The notes beneath the pieces were generated by a model. The model saw only the letters and a program-made list of their open reading frames with translations. It had not been told where the DNA came from and did not search any database. This document shows positions 52,027 to 64,000 of a DNA stretch of 64,000 nt, piece after piece. Positions within the stretch are counted from its first letter, which is position 1. Every line of letters starts with the position of its first letter. A program made the translations under genes and the position numbers. Origin of the DNA: Octopus sinensis (lineage: Eukaryota); contig NC_043018.1 in assembly GCF_006345805.1 (NCBI RefSeq), forward strand, positions 22,630,001-22,694,000, in the 5' to 3' direction.

Positions 52027-52954
52027 CATACACGAAGGTGTGTATGTATGCCTGTGTGTATAGAATAATTTTTGCATATACACGAATACACACCTACTTG
52101 TAGAAACAAACACGATTCCCTTCCCCCGTGTGTGTATATATATATATTTAGGTAAATCAAAAACAAACGACGTAGAATTCAAACACAAGAAAGTCAAAAG
52201 GACGTCCACAATGTTGTATTATTAGTCTGACATTCGAAGAAAATAAGTAACAAAGGGAAAGTTAAGCACAGAAGGCCCTACAAACAAAACTGTGCAAGCT
52301 TGAAAAGAGAGACGTAAATAAAATGATAATATAAATGTTTTTTCGGAGAGGGAATTGAAGTAATGAGAGCGAAAGAGACTAAGAGAAAGCGATTGTATGA
52401 CGAGGGAAGTTCTTTTGAAGTTACCGTGCATGGGAGCATTGATGTACATGTGTGTGTGTGTGTGTATGTTTGATGGGGTGTGGGAGACAGACAGTATGTT
52501 GTGTAAGTGAAGTGCTTCTGTTAGTGTGTGTGAAGAGACAGAGTAATGTGTGAAAGAGAGAGATAACTGAAATTTTTTACTCGGTGTATGTGTATATGTA
52601 TGTATATTACTTCAAAAGTTCCCGCAAGCCCATATGTAAAAAAAAAAAAATTTTTACGGAAATCGACGGAAAGGTCTACTAGAGACGAAAGATCGCCGCA
52701 AGATAATATTTCTCCTGTGGCGAGACATATTTCACGAATTAATAGAAGCGAATGACATTTGTTGACAACAATTACGTGATGGCAAAACAAGGAAACACAA
52801 ACACACACACACGCATATGTGTGGGTTTGTGTTACAAAAACCTTTATATTTCGGATGCAAAGGACTATCTTCAGAAGGAAGCAGTCCAAGAAATGTTTGT
52901 TTACATTGGTTTGTTGTTTTATTTTAAACTGCTCGACGTTTGAGTTCAACGCTC

Positions 52955-53009
<55 letters not shown>

Positions 53010-53023
53010 AAACACACACACAT

Positions 53024-53056
<33 letters not shown>

Positions 53057-53059
53057 TTC

Positions 53060-53090
<31 letters not shown>

Positions 53091-53151
53091 CATTTGTTGG
53101 ACCGTTAGCCCCTACACGCAATTTTTTCTCTCCTTGTTTCTTTTCTGTTTA

Positions 53152-53189
53152 TCTTTCTGTCGAAGAGCGTAGGCTCGAAATGTAAAAGA
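53152..53189 (+). ncRNA. Degenerate hammerhead-like motif (CTGTCGA core); related copy on the minus strand at 30327-30363
   Basis: TCTTT-CTGTCGA-A-GAGC GTAG GCTC-GAAAT-GTA-AAAGA. Confidence 0.35.
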
Positions 53190-53769
53190 CTTGTTTTATT
53201 TCTATTCCTGAGCGCCATACTAATACATTATTTGTTTGTACTCCACCTGCCTTCGTCTTTTGTTTATTTTCGTAAACCTTCTCGCTATATATATACATAT
53301 ATCATCATCATCATCATCGTTTAACGTCCGTTTTCCGCGCTAGCACGGGTTGGACGGTTTCGACCGGGGTCTGGGGAGCCAGGGGCTGCCCCAGGCTCCA
53401 GTCTGGTCTGGCAGTGTTTCTACAGCTGGATGCCCTTCCTAACGCCAACCACTCCGCGAGTGTAGTGGGTGCTTTTTACGTGCCACCTGCACAGGTGCCA
53501 GAGGGGTCTGGCATCGGCCACGGTCGGTTGGTGCTTTTTATGTGCCACCTGCACAGAAGCCAGTCGGGGCAGTGCTGATGTATACATATATATACACACA
53601 CTCACACACATATATATATATACATACACACACACACATATGTATACATACATATATGTACATACATGTATTATAAAGTCTTTCTTAACGATCCATTTTA
53701 TGACAATCACACAAGCTAATTTTAAAAACCCATTAAATTTACATTTATACAGAGACATTTCCAGGGGTG

Positions 53770-53950
53770 GGCGCTTGTGGCAGTTCTTCCAGATCGCTCG
53801 TCCTCTTCCATGCCACTTGAAACATTGCATTTAACTCCATCACCTCATCACTGTAAGCTTGCCAAAGCAGTCTCGATGTCTCTATTAGCAGACTTCCCAA
53901 AGTTCAACACAAAATTTCACATCGGGTCTTTGTTCCCATCCATGACAAAA
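53770..53950 (-). mobile_element. Mariner transposase N-terminal remnant
   Basis: Frameshifted KFCVELGKSA.ET..LL.QAYSDEVM...CFKWH...DERSGR. Confidence 0.5.
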
Positions 53951-56781
53951 TCGCAGACTACAACATACATGTGATCAGAAAAGCACAAATTTCACAACTT
54001 GCAAAGTAAACACAGCAATGTCACTTAGCGCACTGCCAGCTCTCACTGGGCTTGCAACCATGTGCTGCCATCTGTTGGCACGCCATAGAACTAGTCCAGG
54101 AACTTTTTGATACCACCTCGTTTCCACAACAGAAGCAGAGGTAATTTATCCCCATTTAGATGTAGAAATTCTATTACAGGGGTTCTCAACCATTTCTTAT
54201 CTATGGACCCCTTTGATTACTATTTTATTCTGGTGGACCCCTATAACCATTTGATGTTTAAAAACTATTTTTCTAAAACCCTTTTCAAAATCCCTATTTT
54301 GTTTTCCTCACATTAATTTTTGTAGATTGAACCATGCAAAATGTTAGAGAAAGAAACCCAACTATTTCTAGTAATACATAACCAATACATACATCTAAAG
54401 CAGGGGCTGTCAACTATTTTCATCTATACTCTCTTTTACTCTTTTACTTGTTTCAGTCATTTGACTGCGGCCATGCTGGAGCATCGCCTTTAATCGAGCA
54501 ACTCGACCCCAGGACTTATTCTTTTGTAAGCCCAGTACTTATTCTATCGGTCTCTTTTGCCGAACCGCTAAGTAACGGGGACATAAACACACCAGCATCG
54601 GTTGTCAAGCAATGCTAGGGGGACAAACACAGACACACAAACACACACACACATATATATACATATATACGATGGGCTTCTTTCAGTTTCCGTCTACCAA
54701 ATCCACTCACAAGGCATTGGTCGGCCTGAGGCTATAGTAGAAGACACTTGACCAAGGTGCCACGCAGTGGGTCTGAACCCGGAACCATGTGATTGGTAGA
54801 CAAGCTACTTACCACACAGCCACTCAGACCCTTTTGATTACTATTTCATTCTGGTGGATCCCTAAAGCCATTTGATGTTTAAAAACTATTTTTCTAGAAA
54901 CTCCTTTCAGAATCCCTATTTTGTTTCTTACACATTAACTTTTGTAGGTTGAACTACGTAAAATGATAAAGAAAGATACCCAGCCATTTCTTGCAATACA
55001 TACATTTAAAGCAAAACTTTTTCAGGAGCCCTTAAATTACTATTGTGGATCCTCAGTTTACTATTTCGCTCTATGGATCCCCAAAAATCCTATACGGATC
55101 TTTAGGGGCCGTATGGACCCTGATCAAGAACCATTGTATTAGAACAAGCAATACTGTTGTAGTTACCATGAGAGAAACTCTCAGACCGGCTTTTTGGGGC
55201 AAAATGCACTCGTCATAAGCAAGAGTACATTTTGGCCCCTAAAGCTAATCTGAGAGTTTCACTCACGGTAACTATCACAGTATTGTTCAGCAAAGAAACA
55301 AATAGAAGAAACATTAGGCTTTAAGAAGAAATAGTCCTGGGGTCAATCCATTCGACTAGAATTCTTCAGTGTGGTGCCCCAGCATGGCCACATGTATCTT
55401 AAGTACCTTACTCTTACATATAGGAGTGGCTGTGTGGTAAGTAGCTTGCTTCCCAACCACATGGTTCCGGGTTCAGTCCCACTGCGTGACACCTTTGGCA
55501 AGTGTCTTCTGCTATAGCCCCGGGCCAACCAATGCCTTGTGAGTGGATTTGGTAGACGGAAACTGAAAGAAGCCTGTCGTATATATGTATATATATATAT
55601 ATGTGTGTGTGTTTGTGTGTCTGTGTTTGTCCCCCTAGCATTGCTTTACAACCGATGCTGGTGTGTTTACGTCCCCGTCACTTAGCGGTTCGGCAAAAGA
55701 GACCGATAGAATAAGTACTAGGCTTACAAAGAATAAGTCCTGGGGTCGATTTGCTCGACTAAAAGGCGGTGCTCCAGCATGGCCACAGTCAAATGACTGA
55801 AACGAGTAAAAGAGTATATGTAGTATGATGCACATATAAGCAGGTAGTCTCTTACGCACTCATACATGTATTTTTCTTACACACACACACACACAGAGTT
55901 GTGTCTGTTTTTGGTGTTTTTGCTTTTAAATAAGGTCACCTCCATATTGTATTGATATTACCTTACGTGACTGAACGTATTTCTTAAAGACGTGTGTGTA
56001 TGTGTGGTATGTGTGTATTTATCCAGTCTGTACGTGTGAACATGTTTGACAGATTAAATATGTATTTGAAAGTTGTTGTTCATTTTTACTTCTGTTTCGT
56101 CCTTGTTTACATGCATGTGTGTGTGTGTGTGTGTGTGTGTATTTAGCTTAAAGGTAGAGCACTCAGCTGTTGTGTTTGTGTACATACAGTATACACACAC
56201 ACACTTGCATATATGCATTGAAACACACACACACACACATTTTTAAAATTTCAGATCAGAGATTATATTTTCCCAGCTGTTTTGTTAATCTATAAGTCGC
56301 AGCTGGCCAATTTTATCATTATTATTATTATGACTTTATTATTATCATCATTATTGTTGTTGTTCTCATTAAGGTGGCAAGCTGGCAGAAGCATTGGTAC
56401 GCTGGGCAAAATGCTTAGTGGCATTTTCGTCCACCTTTATATTCTGAATTCAAATTCTGCCAAGATCAATTTGTCTTTCATTCTTTTTGAGATCAATGTA
56501 ATCAGCTTACTCCTCACCTAAAATTGCTGGCCTTGTGCCAAAATTTTAAACCATTATTATTATTATTATTATTATTAAGGGAGTGAACTGGCAGAATCAT
56601 TAGCACACCGGGCGAAATGCTTAGCAGTATTTCGTTTGCTACTACATTCTGAGTTCAATTTCGCTAGGGTTTGACTTTGCCTTTCATCCCTTTGGGGACG
56701 ATAAATTAAGTACCAGTGAAACACTTGGGTCGATGTACTTGACTAATCTCCTCCCCAAAATTTGTGCCTATAGCAGAAAGG

Positions 56782-56820
<39 letters not shown>

Positions 56821-56934
56821 GAGGCGGTGAGAAGGCAGCAAGCTAGCAGAATCGTTAGTGCACCTGTTAAAATGCTTAGTGGAAATTTCGTCTGCTACTA
56901 CGTTCTGAGTCCAAATTCCACCAGGGTTGATTAA

Positions 56935-57290
56935 CCCCTTACCCGGCAGAAACGAATATATGCGTTTTGACCGAAATCGTTTTTTTCTATCTCTGGCGAG
57001 TTAACTCGTCAAAATATAAACTCACCAAAATCGACAGCAAACGGAAAATAAGATAACCAAATAAAATAACATGTTTTTTTTGTAAAAGTAATATGATTTA
57101 TGAAAAAAACGGGTTAACTCGTTTATGCCCAAAGCGGATATTTAAAATCAATATTATTGAATTAAAATTCATAATAAATAAGGTTTGAAATATACCTCGA
57201 AATCACCATTCAAAACATAGTAAAATAAAACAATTAAAAAATATGTCTGAAAAAATACATTTATTTTCAAAATAATTGTTGGGTAAGGGG
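56935..57290. mobile_element. piggyBac-type MITE inserted in a SINE
   Basis: TTAA|CCCCTTACCC...GGGTAAGGGG|TTAA. Confidence 0.7.
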
Positions 57291-57645
57291 TTAAGTAAGT
57301 ACCAGTTATGCACTGGGGTCAATGTAATCGACTTAATCCCCTCCCCCAAGCTGCCCTTATGGCAAGAATTTGAAATCATTTTCAAGGTGTTAAGCTGGCA
57401 GAATTGTTAGTATGCTGTGCGAAATTTTTAGCGGTGTTTTATGTTTTTACATTCTGAGTTCAAATTCTGCCAAGGTCAACTTTGCCTTTCAGCTTTTTTG
57501 GGGGTTGGTAAAATAAATACCAGTGATACACTAGGGTTGATGTACTTGACTAGACTCCCCCTTTCCCTAAAATTTTACATGTTGCGCCTGTCATAGAAAG
57601 AATTAATCAAAGAGATAAATACCATAAATTTGAAAATTACTATTT

Positions 57646-57696
57646 GTATCCCCGCCTGTCACGCGGGAGACCGGGGTTCGATTCCCCGCCAGAGAG
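57646..57696 (+). pseudogene. 5'-truncated tRNA-Asp(GTC) fragment
   Basis: GTATCCCCGCCTGTCACGCGGGAGACCGGGGTTCGATTCCCCG matches the anticodon and T arms of eukaryotic tRNA-Asp; the 5' acceptor strand and most of the D arm are missing. Confidence 0.85.
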
Positions 57697-57898
57697 GCAT
57701 CATAATTTTATGGCGTTAGGAAGGGCATCCAGCTGTAGAAACACTGCCAGATCTGACTGGAGCCTGGTGCAGCCTTCAGGCTTGCCAGACCCCAGTTGAA
57801 CCATCCAACCCATGCTAGCATGGAAAGCGGACATTAAACGATGATGATGATGATGATGAAATCCCACAATGTGAAATATTCAGCAACAGTACTTTGGA

Positions 57899-58256
57899 GT
57901 CCTGGTTTAGGATAATTGTTGCTGTAATTTAGCCCCAGGAGACATGGTCTTCAGCTGGCTATACGACACAATCTATTTCCTTATAAATCAATCTATAGAC
58001 CAGTGACTAGTTGTCACTTTGAAAACTACATATTTCGAACGGGAATTTGGCAGTGCCACCTCTAGCCGAACAATTATTCTGTGCTGATGAAGGGAAATAA
58101 CCCGGAAATCGCGATACACAGATATTGTTTTGAGCTGAGTTGGGGTGCTAGATTCCCTTGTTCGAAAATATAAGGACACAGATCATGTCGTATAGCCAGC
58201 TGGAGACGATTTCTCCTGGGGCTAAATTACAGCAACATTCGTCCTAAACCAGGACT
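57899..58256. mobile_element. MITE/foldback with about 75-bp inverted arms
   Basis: GTCCTGGTTTAGGA..GTTGCTGTAATTTAGCCCCAGGAGA..CAGCTGGCTATACGACA mirrored at 58181-58256. Confidence 0.6.
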
Positions 58257-59210
58257 GCTATGATATGTTGGCAAAAACCTTTACTCCAAGATAAATACCA
58301 GTTGAGTACTGGAATCGATATAATCAACTTTTCCCCCTCCCCCAAATTTCAGGCCTTGTGCCTATAGTAGAAAGGATTACTCTTTTACTTGTTTCAGTCA
58401 TTTGACTGCGGCCATGCTGGAGCACCGCCTTTAGTCGAGCAACTCGACCCCGGGACTTATTCTTTTTGTAAGCCCAGTACTTATTCTATCGGTCTCTTTT
58501 TGCCGAACCGCTAAGTGACGGGGACGTAAACACACCAGCATCGGTTGTCAAGCAATGCTAGGGGAACAAACACAGACACACAAACACACACACACACATA
58601 CATATATATATATACATATATACGACAGGCTTCTTTCAGTTTCCGTCTACCAAATCCACTCACAAGGCATTGGTCGGCCCGGGGCTATAGCAGAAGACAT
58701 TTGCCCAAGATGCCACGCAGTGGGACTGAACCCGGAGCCATGTGGTTGGTTAGCAAGCTACTTACCACACAGCCACTCCAACATATTTACCTCTACTGGT
58801 GAAAAAGTCCACCAACCATCTTGTTTTACAGTGTTACTTGCCATTATAAGGTAGTAAGTCATGAAAATAAATTGCTTAGCCGCACCTTTTCTGGGTTTTT
58901 TTTAAATGTGGGTTCAATATCTACCAGGGTCAACTTTACTCTTCATCCTTTCATTCAGCCTCTTTCTTCCGCTCATTTCATTGTGCTAAATTGTTGAGGA
59001 CATTGTTTCCGCTCTCCATTTTTTTCTTCCTTATCCTTTCCTGTCAAGAGTGTAAGCTCAAAATGTCAAAAACTTTGCCTATCTTCCTGAGCATCAGACT
59101 AATATACCCTGCTTGTTGTGCCCTCTCCTGTTCTTCTCTTTTGTTTCCTGTACATTTGAACCATGTATATCAAACCTGTCCTCCCACCTTGGGATCTTTC
59201 TTTCTCCTAT

Positions 59211-59245
59211 GTTTCCGACGAAGAGCTCCGCTCGAAACGTCATAC
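59211..59245 (+). ncRNA. Minimal hammerhead-like motif at the end of a Penelope-like remnant
   Basis: GTTT-CCGACGA-A-GAGC TCC GCTC-GAAAC-GTC-ATAC. Confidence 0.5.
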
Positions 59246-60650
59246 CCTCCTTCTTCCCTTCTTTCCTGAGCGCCCAATAATACTTTTTGTTCCACATCTC
59301 GCGTTGTTGTCTTTTTGTTTTCTTGTTTGGATTAACATTATATATATATATATAATGTTATATCATCATCATTGTCTAACGTCTGCTTTCCATGCTAGCA
59401 TGGGTTGGACGATTTGGCTGAAGACTGGCCACCCAGGAGGCTGCACCAGGCTCCAATCTGGTCTGGCAAGGTCTCTACAGCTGGATGCCCTTCCTAACAC
59501 CAACCACTCCGAGAGTGTAATGGGTACTTTTTACATGCCACCAGCATGAGAGCCAGTCAGGAGGCATTGGCATCGACCACTTTCAGATGGTGCTTTTCAT
59601 GTGCCACCAGCATGGCAGCCATTCAGGCAGCACTGGCATCAACCACTTTCAGATGTTGCTTTTTACGTGTCCCTGACACCAGACAGAGGAAACAGGCATC
59701 AAACACATTCAGATGGTGCTTTTCATGTGTCACCAGCACGGGGGCTAGCTGGGGCACTGGCATCGACCACGTTTGCGATATTTATCATCATCATCATCAT
59801 CATCATCGTTTAATGTCTGTTCTCCATGCTAGCATGGGTTGGACGGTTCGACCGGGGATCTGGGAAGCCAGAAGGCTGCACCAGGCTCCAGTCTTATCTG
59901 GCAGTATTTCTACAGCTGGATGCCCTTCCTAACGCCAACCACTCTGTGAGTGTAGTGGGTGCTTTTTACGTGCCACCTGCACAGGTGCCAGGCAAGGCTG
60001 GCAACGGCCACGGTCGGATTGGTGTATTTTATGTGCCACCGGCATGGAAGCCAGACAAGGCGGTGCTGGCATCGGCCACGAGTCGGATAGTGCTTTTTAC
60101 ATACCACCAGACCAGGGATCCTGGCTGGTTCAAACCCATGGCCTCAGTCCACTTATGCATACCTTTCCTTCTTGGGACACAAAACTCTACTTGTGAAGAC
60201 CTGTTGAGGCAAATCAAAATCAAAATCAAAAATCAAAATCGATCAACATCAATGGAAATTGTAGCTGTGATACCAGTGCCGGTGGCACATAAGAGAACCA
60301 TCCGAACGTGGCCGTTGCCAGTGCCGCCCCACTGGCTTCCGTGCCGGTGGCATGTAAAAAGCACCATCCGCTCATGGCCGTTTGCCAGCCTCGTCTGGCA
60401 CCTGTGCCGGTGGCACATAAAAAGCACCCACTACACTCATGGAGTGGTTGGCGTTAGGAAGGGCATCCAGCCGTAGAAACATTGCCAGATCGGACTGGAC
60501 CTGGTGCAGCCTTCTGGCTTCCCAGACCCCAGTTGCACCGTCCAACCCATGCCAGCATGGAAAGTGGACGCTAAACTACGACGATGATGATGATGATGAT
60601 GATGATATTTATTTATTTATTCATTCTTTTTAATATTTGTTTCCTTTCAG

Positions 60651-60863
60651 ATCAACTGTTCAAAACTCATGTGTACCTCCAGTGCAGCCCCGTCGACCAA
60701 CTGAGTGTGATCAAGTCCCGAGAAGCTAACCAATCCCTCTCACTGTTACTGCAGTCTGTCTGTGCATGCCCAGGGGGCTGCACCACACCTCACAATTCCT
60801 TCAGTCCTGGATCCTACATAGTCATCGTGTTCTTCTCAATTTTATTCATATACCTTTCTTTAG
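60651..60863 (+). CDS. CD-M6PR/ATG27-like protein, exon 2 (end of luminal domain, CACP motif, transmembrane helix)
   Basis: TTTCAG acceptor, phase 1/1, GTAAGC donor; QLFKTHVYLQC...LLLQSVCACPGGC...GSYIVIVFFSILFIYLSLG. Confidence 0.88.
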
Positions 60864-61777
60864 GTAAGCAGCCTCTCATTGCTGATATTAGTAGGGACTA
60901 CTATACATACATAAATACATACACACACACACACACACATAAATATATCTGTATATACATACATATATCTATCTGGCTTCCGTGCCAGTGGCACGTAAAA
61001 AGCACCATCTGATTCGTGGCCGTTGCCAGCCTCGCCTGGCACCTGTGCAGGTGGCACGTAAAAAGCACCCACTACACTCATGGAGTGGTTGGCATTAGGA
61101 AGGGCATCCAGCCGTAGAAACATTGCCAGATCAGACTGGACCTGGTGCCGCCTTCTGGCTTCCCAGACCCCAGTTGCACCGTCCAACCCATGCCAGCATG
61201 GAAAGCGGACGCTAAACGATGATGATGATGATTATATATATATACACACATATATATAGTATCTTTCTATCTATGTATATATATATATATATATATATAA
61301 CATCCAGCTGTAGAAACTTTGTGTAGAATCTTTGCCAGATCAGATTATATATACAGCAGGCTTCTTTCAGTTTCCATCTACCAAATCCACCGTCGCTTGA
61401 CAATCAATGCTGGTGTGTTTATGTCCCCATAACTTAACAGTTTGGCAGAAGAGACCAAAAGAATAAGTACTGGGGTTACAACGAATAAATCCTGGGGTTG
61501 ATTTTTTCAACTAAAGCCCTTTAAGGTGGTGCTCCAGCATGGCCACAGTTAAATGACTGAAGCAAGAAAAAGAATAAAAGAATATATATAATTGGTGCAG
61601 GCATGACTGTGTGGTAAGAAGCTTGGCTCCCAACTACATGGATCCAGGTTCAAGCCTCAAACCAACCGAAGCCCTCCGAGTGGATTTTGGTAGACAGAAA
61701 CTGAAAGAAGCCCGTCGTACATACATACATACATACATACATACATACATACACACATACATACACACATACATACA

Positions 61778-61809
<32 letters not shown>

Positions 61810-62342
61810 CATACATACATACATACATACATACATACATACATACACACATACATACATACACACATACATACATACATACATTCATTCATTCATTCAT
61901 TCATTCATTCATTCATTTCTATATTTAAGAGATGAGGAATTATGTACGTTATTTACATTTGACGGATATTTGTCGTCATCTTGTTTGTTGTTAACACAAC
62001 ATTTCGGCTGATATACCTTCCAGCCTTCATCAGGTGTCTTGGGGAAATTTCGAACCTGGGTTCTCATTATTTGATGTTATCATTATTATTATTGTTATTA
62101 TTATTATTTAGGTCACTACCTGGAATCGAACTCAGAATCTTGGGGTTAATAGCCCGCGCTCTTAACCACTACTCCATATGCCCAAAGGCATATGGCATAG
62201 TAGTTAAGAGCACGGGCTACTAACCCCAAGACTCCAAGTTCAATTCCAGGTAGTGACCTGAATAATAATAATAATAATTGATGATAATAATAACATCAAA
62301 AAATACCTTAGGAATGAGAACCCTGGTTCGAAATTTCCCCAA

Positions 62343-62388
62343 GACACCTGATGAAGGCTGGAGGGTATATCAGCCGAAACGTTGTGTT
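62343..62388 (+). ncRNA. Minimal type I hammerhead-ribozyme-like motif (Penelope-type)
   Basis: GACAC-CTGATGA-A-GGCTG..CAGCC-GAAAC-GTT-GTGTT: stem I, core, stem II and palindromic AACGTT stem III. Mirror copy on the minus strand at 61993-62038 has GAAAT. Confidence 0.65.
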
Positions 62389-62862
62389 AACAACAATCAA
62401 GATGAGGATAAATATCCATCAAATGTAAACAATGTATATATAAATAAACACACATGTATATATATGTATAAATATATACATATATATACATGTGTCTGTA
62501 TTTGTACCCCACCACCATCATTTGACAACCAATGTTGGTGTGTTTGCATCCCCATAATTTACAGTTTGCCAAAAGAGACCCATAGAATAAGTACAGCCTT
62601 ACAAAGAATAAGTCCTGGGGTCAGTTTGTTTGACTAAAGGCAGTGCTCCAGCATGGCCGCAGTCAAATGACTGAAACAAGTAAAAGAATATATGCACACA
62701 CACACACATGCAGGTTAGTTTTGTGTGTATATGTGTAAGAGAATAATTGTGGGTATATATTTTCTCAATGAACATATATAAACCTATTTTCTGAACTGTA
62801 TGTTTTAAATCCCTATTTTTTTTATCTTTCATCTTTTTTTTTTTTTGTTCTTCTATCTTCAG

Positions 62863-63026
62863 GAATTCTCTATAAAAGAATTGTCTACTCAGCAGAAGGA
62901 ACTGAACTGGTACCAAACCGGGAAGGATGGGCTTCCTTTTTCACTCTAGTCAAAGACGGTTACTTGTTTTTCATCAGCCCCTGCCTTGGTAACACCATTG
63001 ACTATCGATATTACCAGCGACTCTGA
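62863..63026 (+). CDS. CD-M6PR/ATG27-like protein, exon 3 (cytoplasmic tail GILYKRIVYSAEGTELVPNREGWASFFTLVKDGYLFFISPCLGNTIDYRYYQRL*)
   Basis: Not in the ORF track. Long T-tract/TTCAG acceptor, phase 1; G.LY.R.V..A.G.E..P...W......V.DG family motif; TGA at 63024-63026. Joined CDS is 912 nt, 303 aa. Confidence 0.88.
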
Positions 63027-63316
63027 ATAACACCAGTCAGTTTCTCCCACCCACAAATATATATGTATATATATATATATATGTTTGTGTGAGTGTGTGT
63101 ATGTATATATACATGCTAATATCAAACAGTCAGAATGAGTGTTCGACACTGCATTGGTGGATGAATATTCATTTGTGGGTTAACAAAGCTAGAGATGGGT
63201 TCATGTGAAGTGGTATTCCCATCCAAAAACTGTGACATACTTGAACAATTGTGAAGACCTCTCTGCATGAAACCATTGGTAGTCTTGCAAACACACAAAT
63301 AAAAGAAAACTATGAA

Positions 63317-63368
<52 letters not shown>

Positions 63369-64000
63369 TATACACACACACACGTGTATTTTGGTATTGT
63401 TCTGTTTGTTATTGTCTGATATGTATCCTTTTATATATTTTTGTTTGTTGTTACTTGCTGTTATTCTTTAACTTGCTTGATATTTCTGTTAATCTATGCA
63501 TATGTCTGTGTGTATAAATATCTGTATGTATATATGTTGTTGACATCAGAAGAATTTATAAACCTTCAAGAGAACACGAAATAATTCAGATTTGGAACAG
63601 TGACAATGGCATGTAAATGTTGGGTTGCAAGGTCAAAGGCCACTATAATCTTTAGCTTTACGTGCTTTGAGACCTACTGTTCCTAAAAAAGAATATATAT
63701 TTATGTATATCTGCAGATGTTTGTATGGAAGGAGTGATGTCTCACTTTCAAAACTCTAGTCTTAGTTCAGCTTTTGTTGCTCTTAGTCTTTCATATAATT
63801 CCAAAAACAAAACTGAACGAATCCCGTACACGTATTTTAAATCTTATATGTCACATTATAGTAGTTTGTGACTAGGAAGTAATGTGGGGGGTAGGGAAAG
63901 GATGGGAATGTGTGCCACGGTGCTGGACCATATCATTGAACATCATGGCACAATGCATTCATTAAAACCATGTATACGTGGCACAAAAAATATTTGATAC

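Overview
Eukaryotic, AT-rich, intron- and repeat-dominated genomic DNA. The repeat families look like those of a coleoid cephalopod, probably Octopus (inference from memory, not a database result). Three spliced protein-coding genes are supported. (1) ADI1 acireductone dioxygenase, minus strand, exons 1-3 at 8952-8827, 4143-4030 and 2359-2180; the last exon lies off the left edge. (2) The last two exons of a TspanC8-type tetraspanin, plus strand, at 34452-34568 and 37706-37771; its 5' exons were not found, and a 100-N gap lies just upstream. (3) A complete 3-exon, 303-aa CD-M6PR/ATG27-like type I membrane protein, plus strand, at 51049-51583, 60651-60863 and 62863-63026. Almost all other ORFs in the track come from microsatellites or repeats. 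The rest is SINEs, RTE/CR1/RLE/Penelope retroelement remnants, non-autonomous Helitrons, Merlin/hAT/piggyBac-like MITEs, a full-length nested mariner and tandem arrays. The most unusual observations are: several families of minimal hammerhead-ribozyme-like motifs in long palindromes, including a head-to-head dimer of a tRNA-head plus hammerhead-tail element; a foldback element holding four tandem tRNA-like units with 17-bp acceptor stems; and an 8-mer SINE array bounded by a single 15-bp direct repeat. There is no CRISPR array or prokaryotic content.
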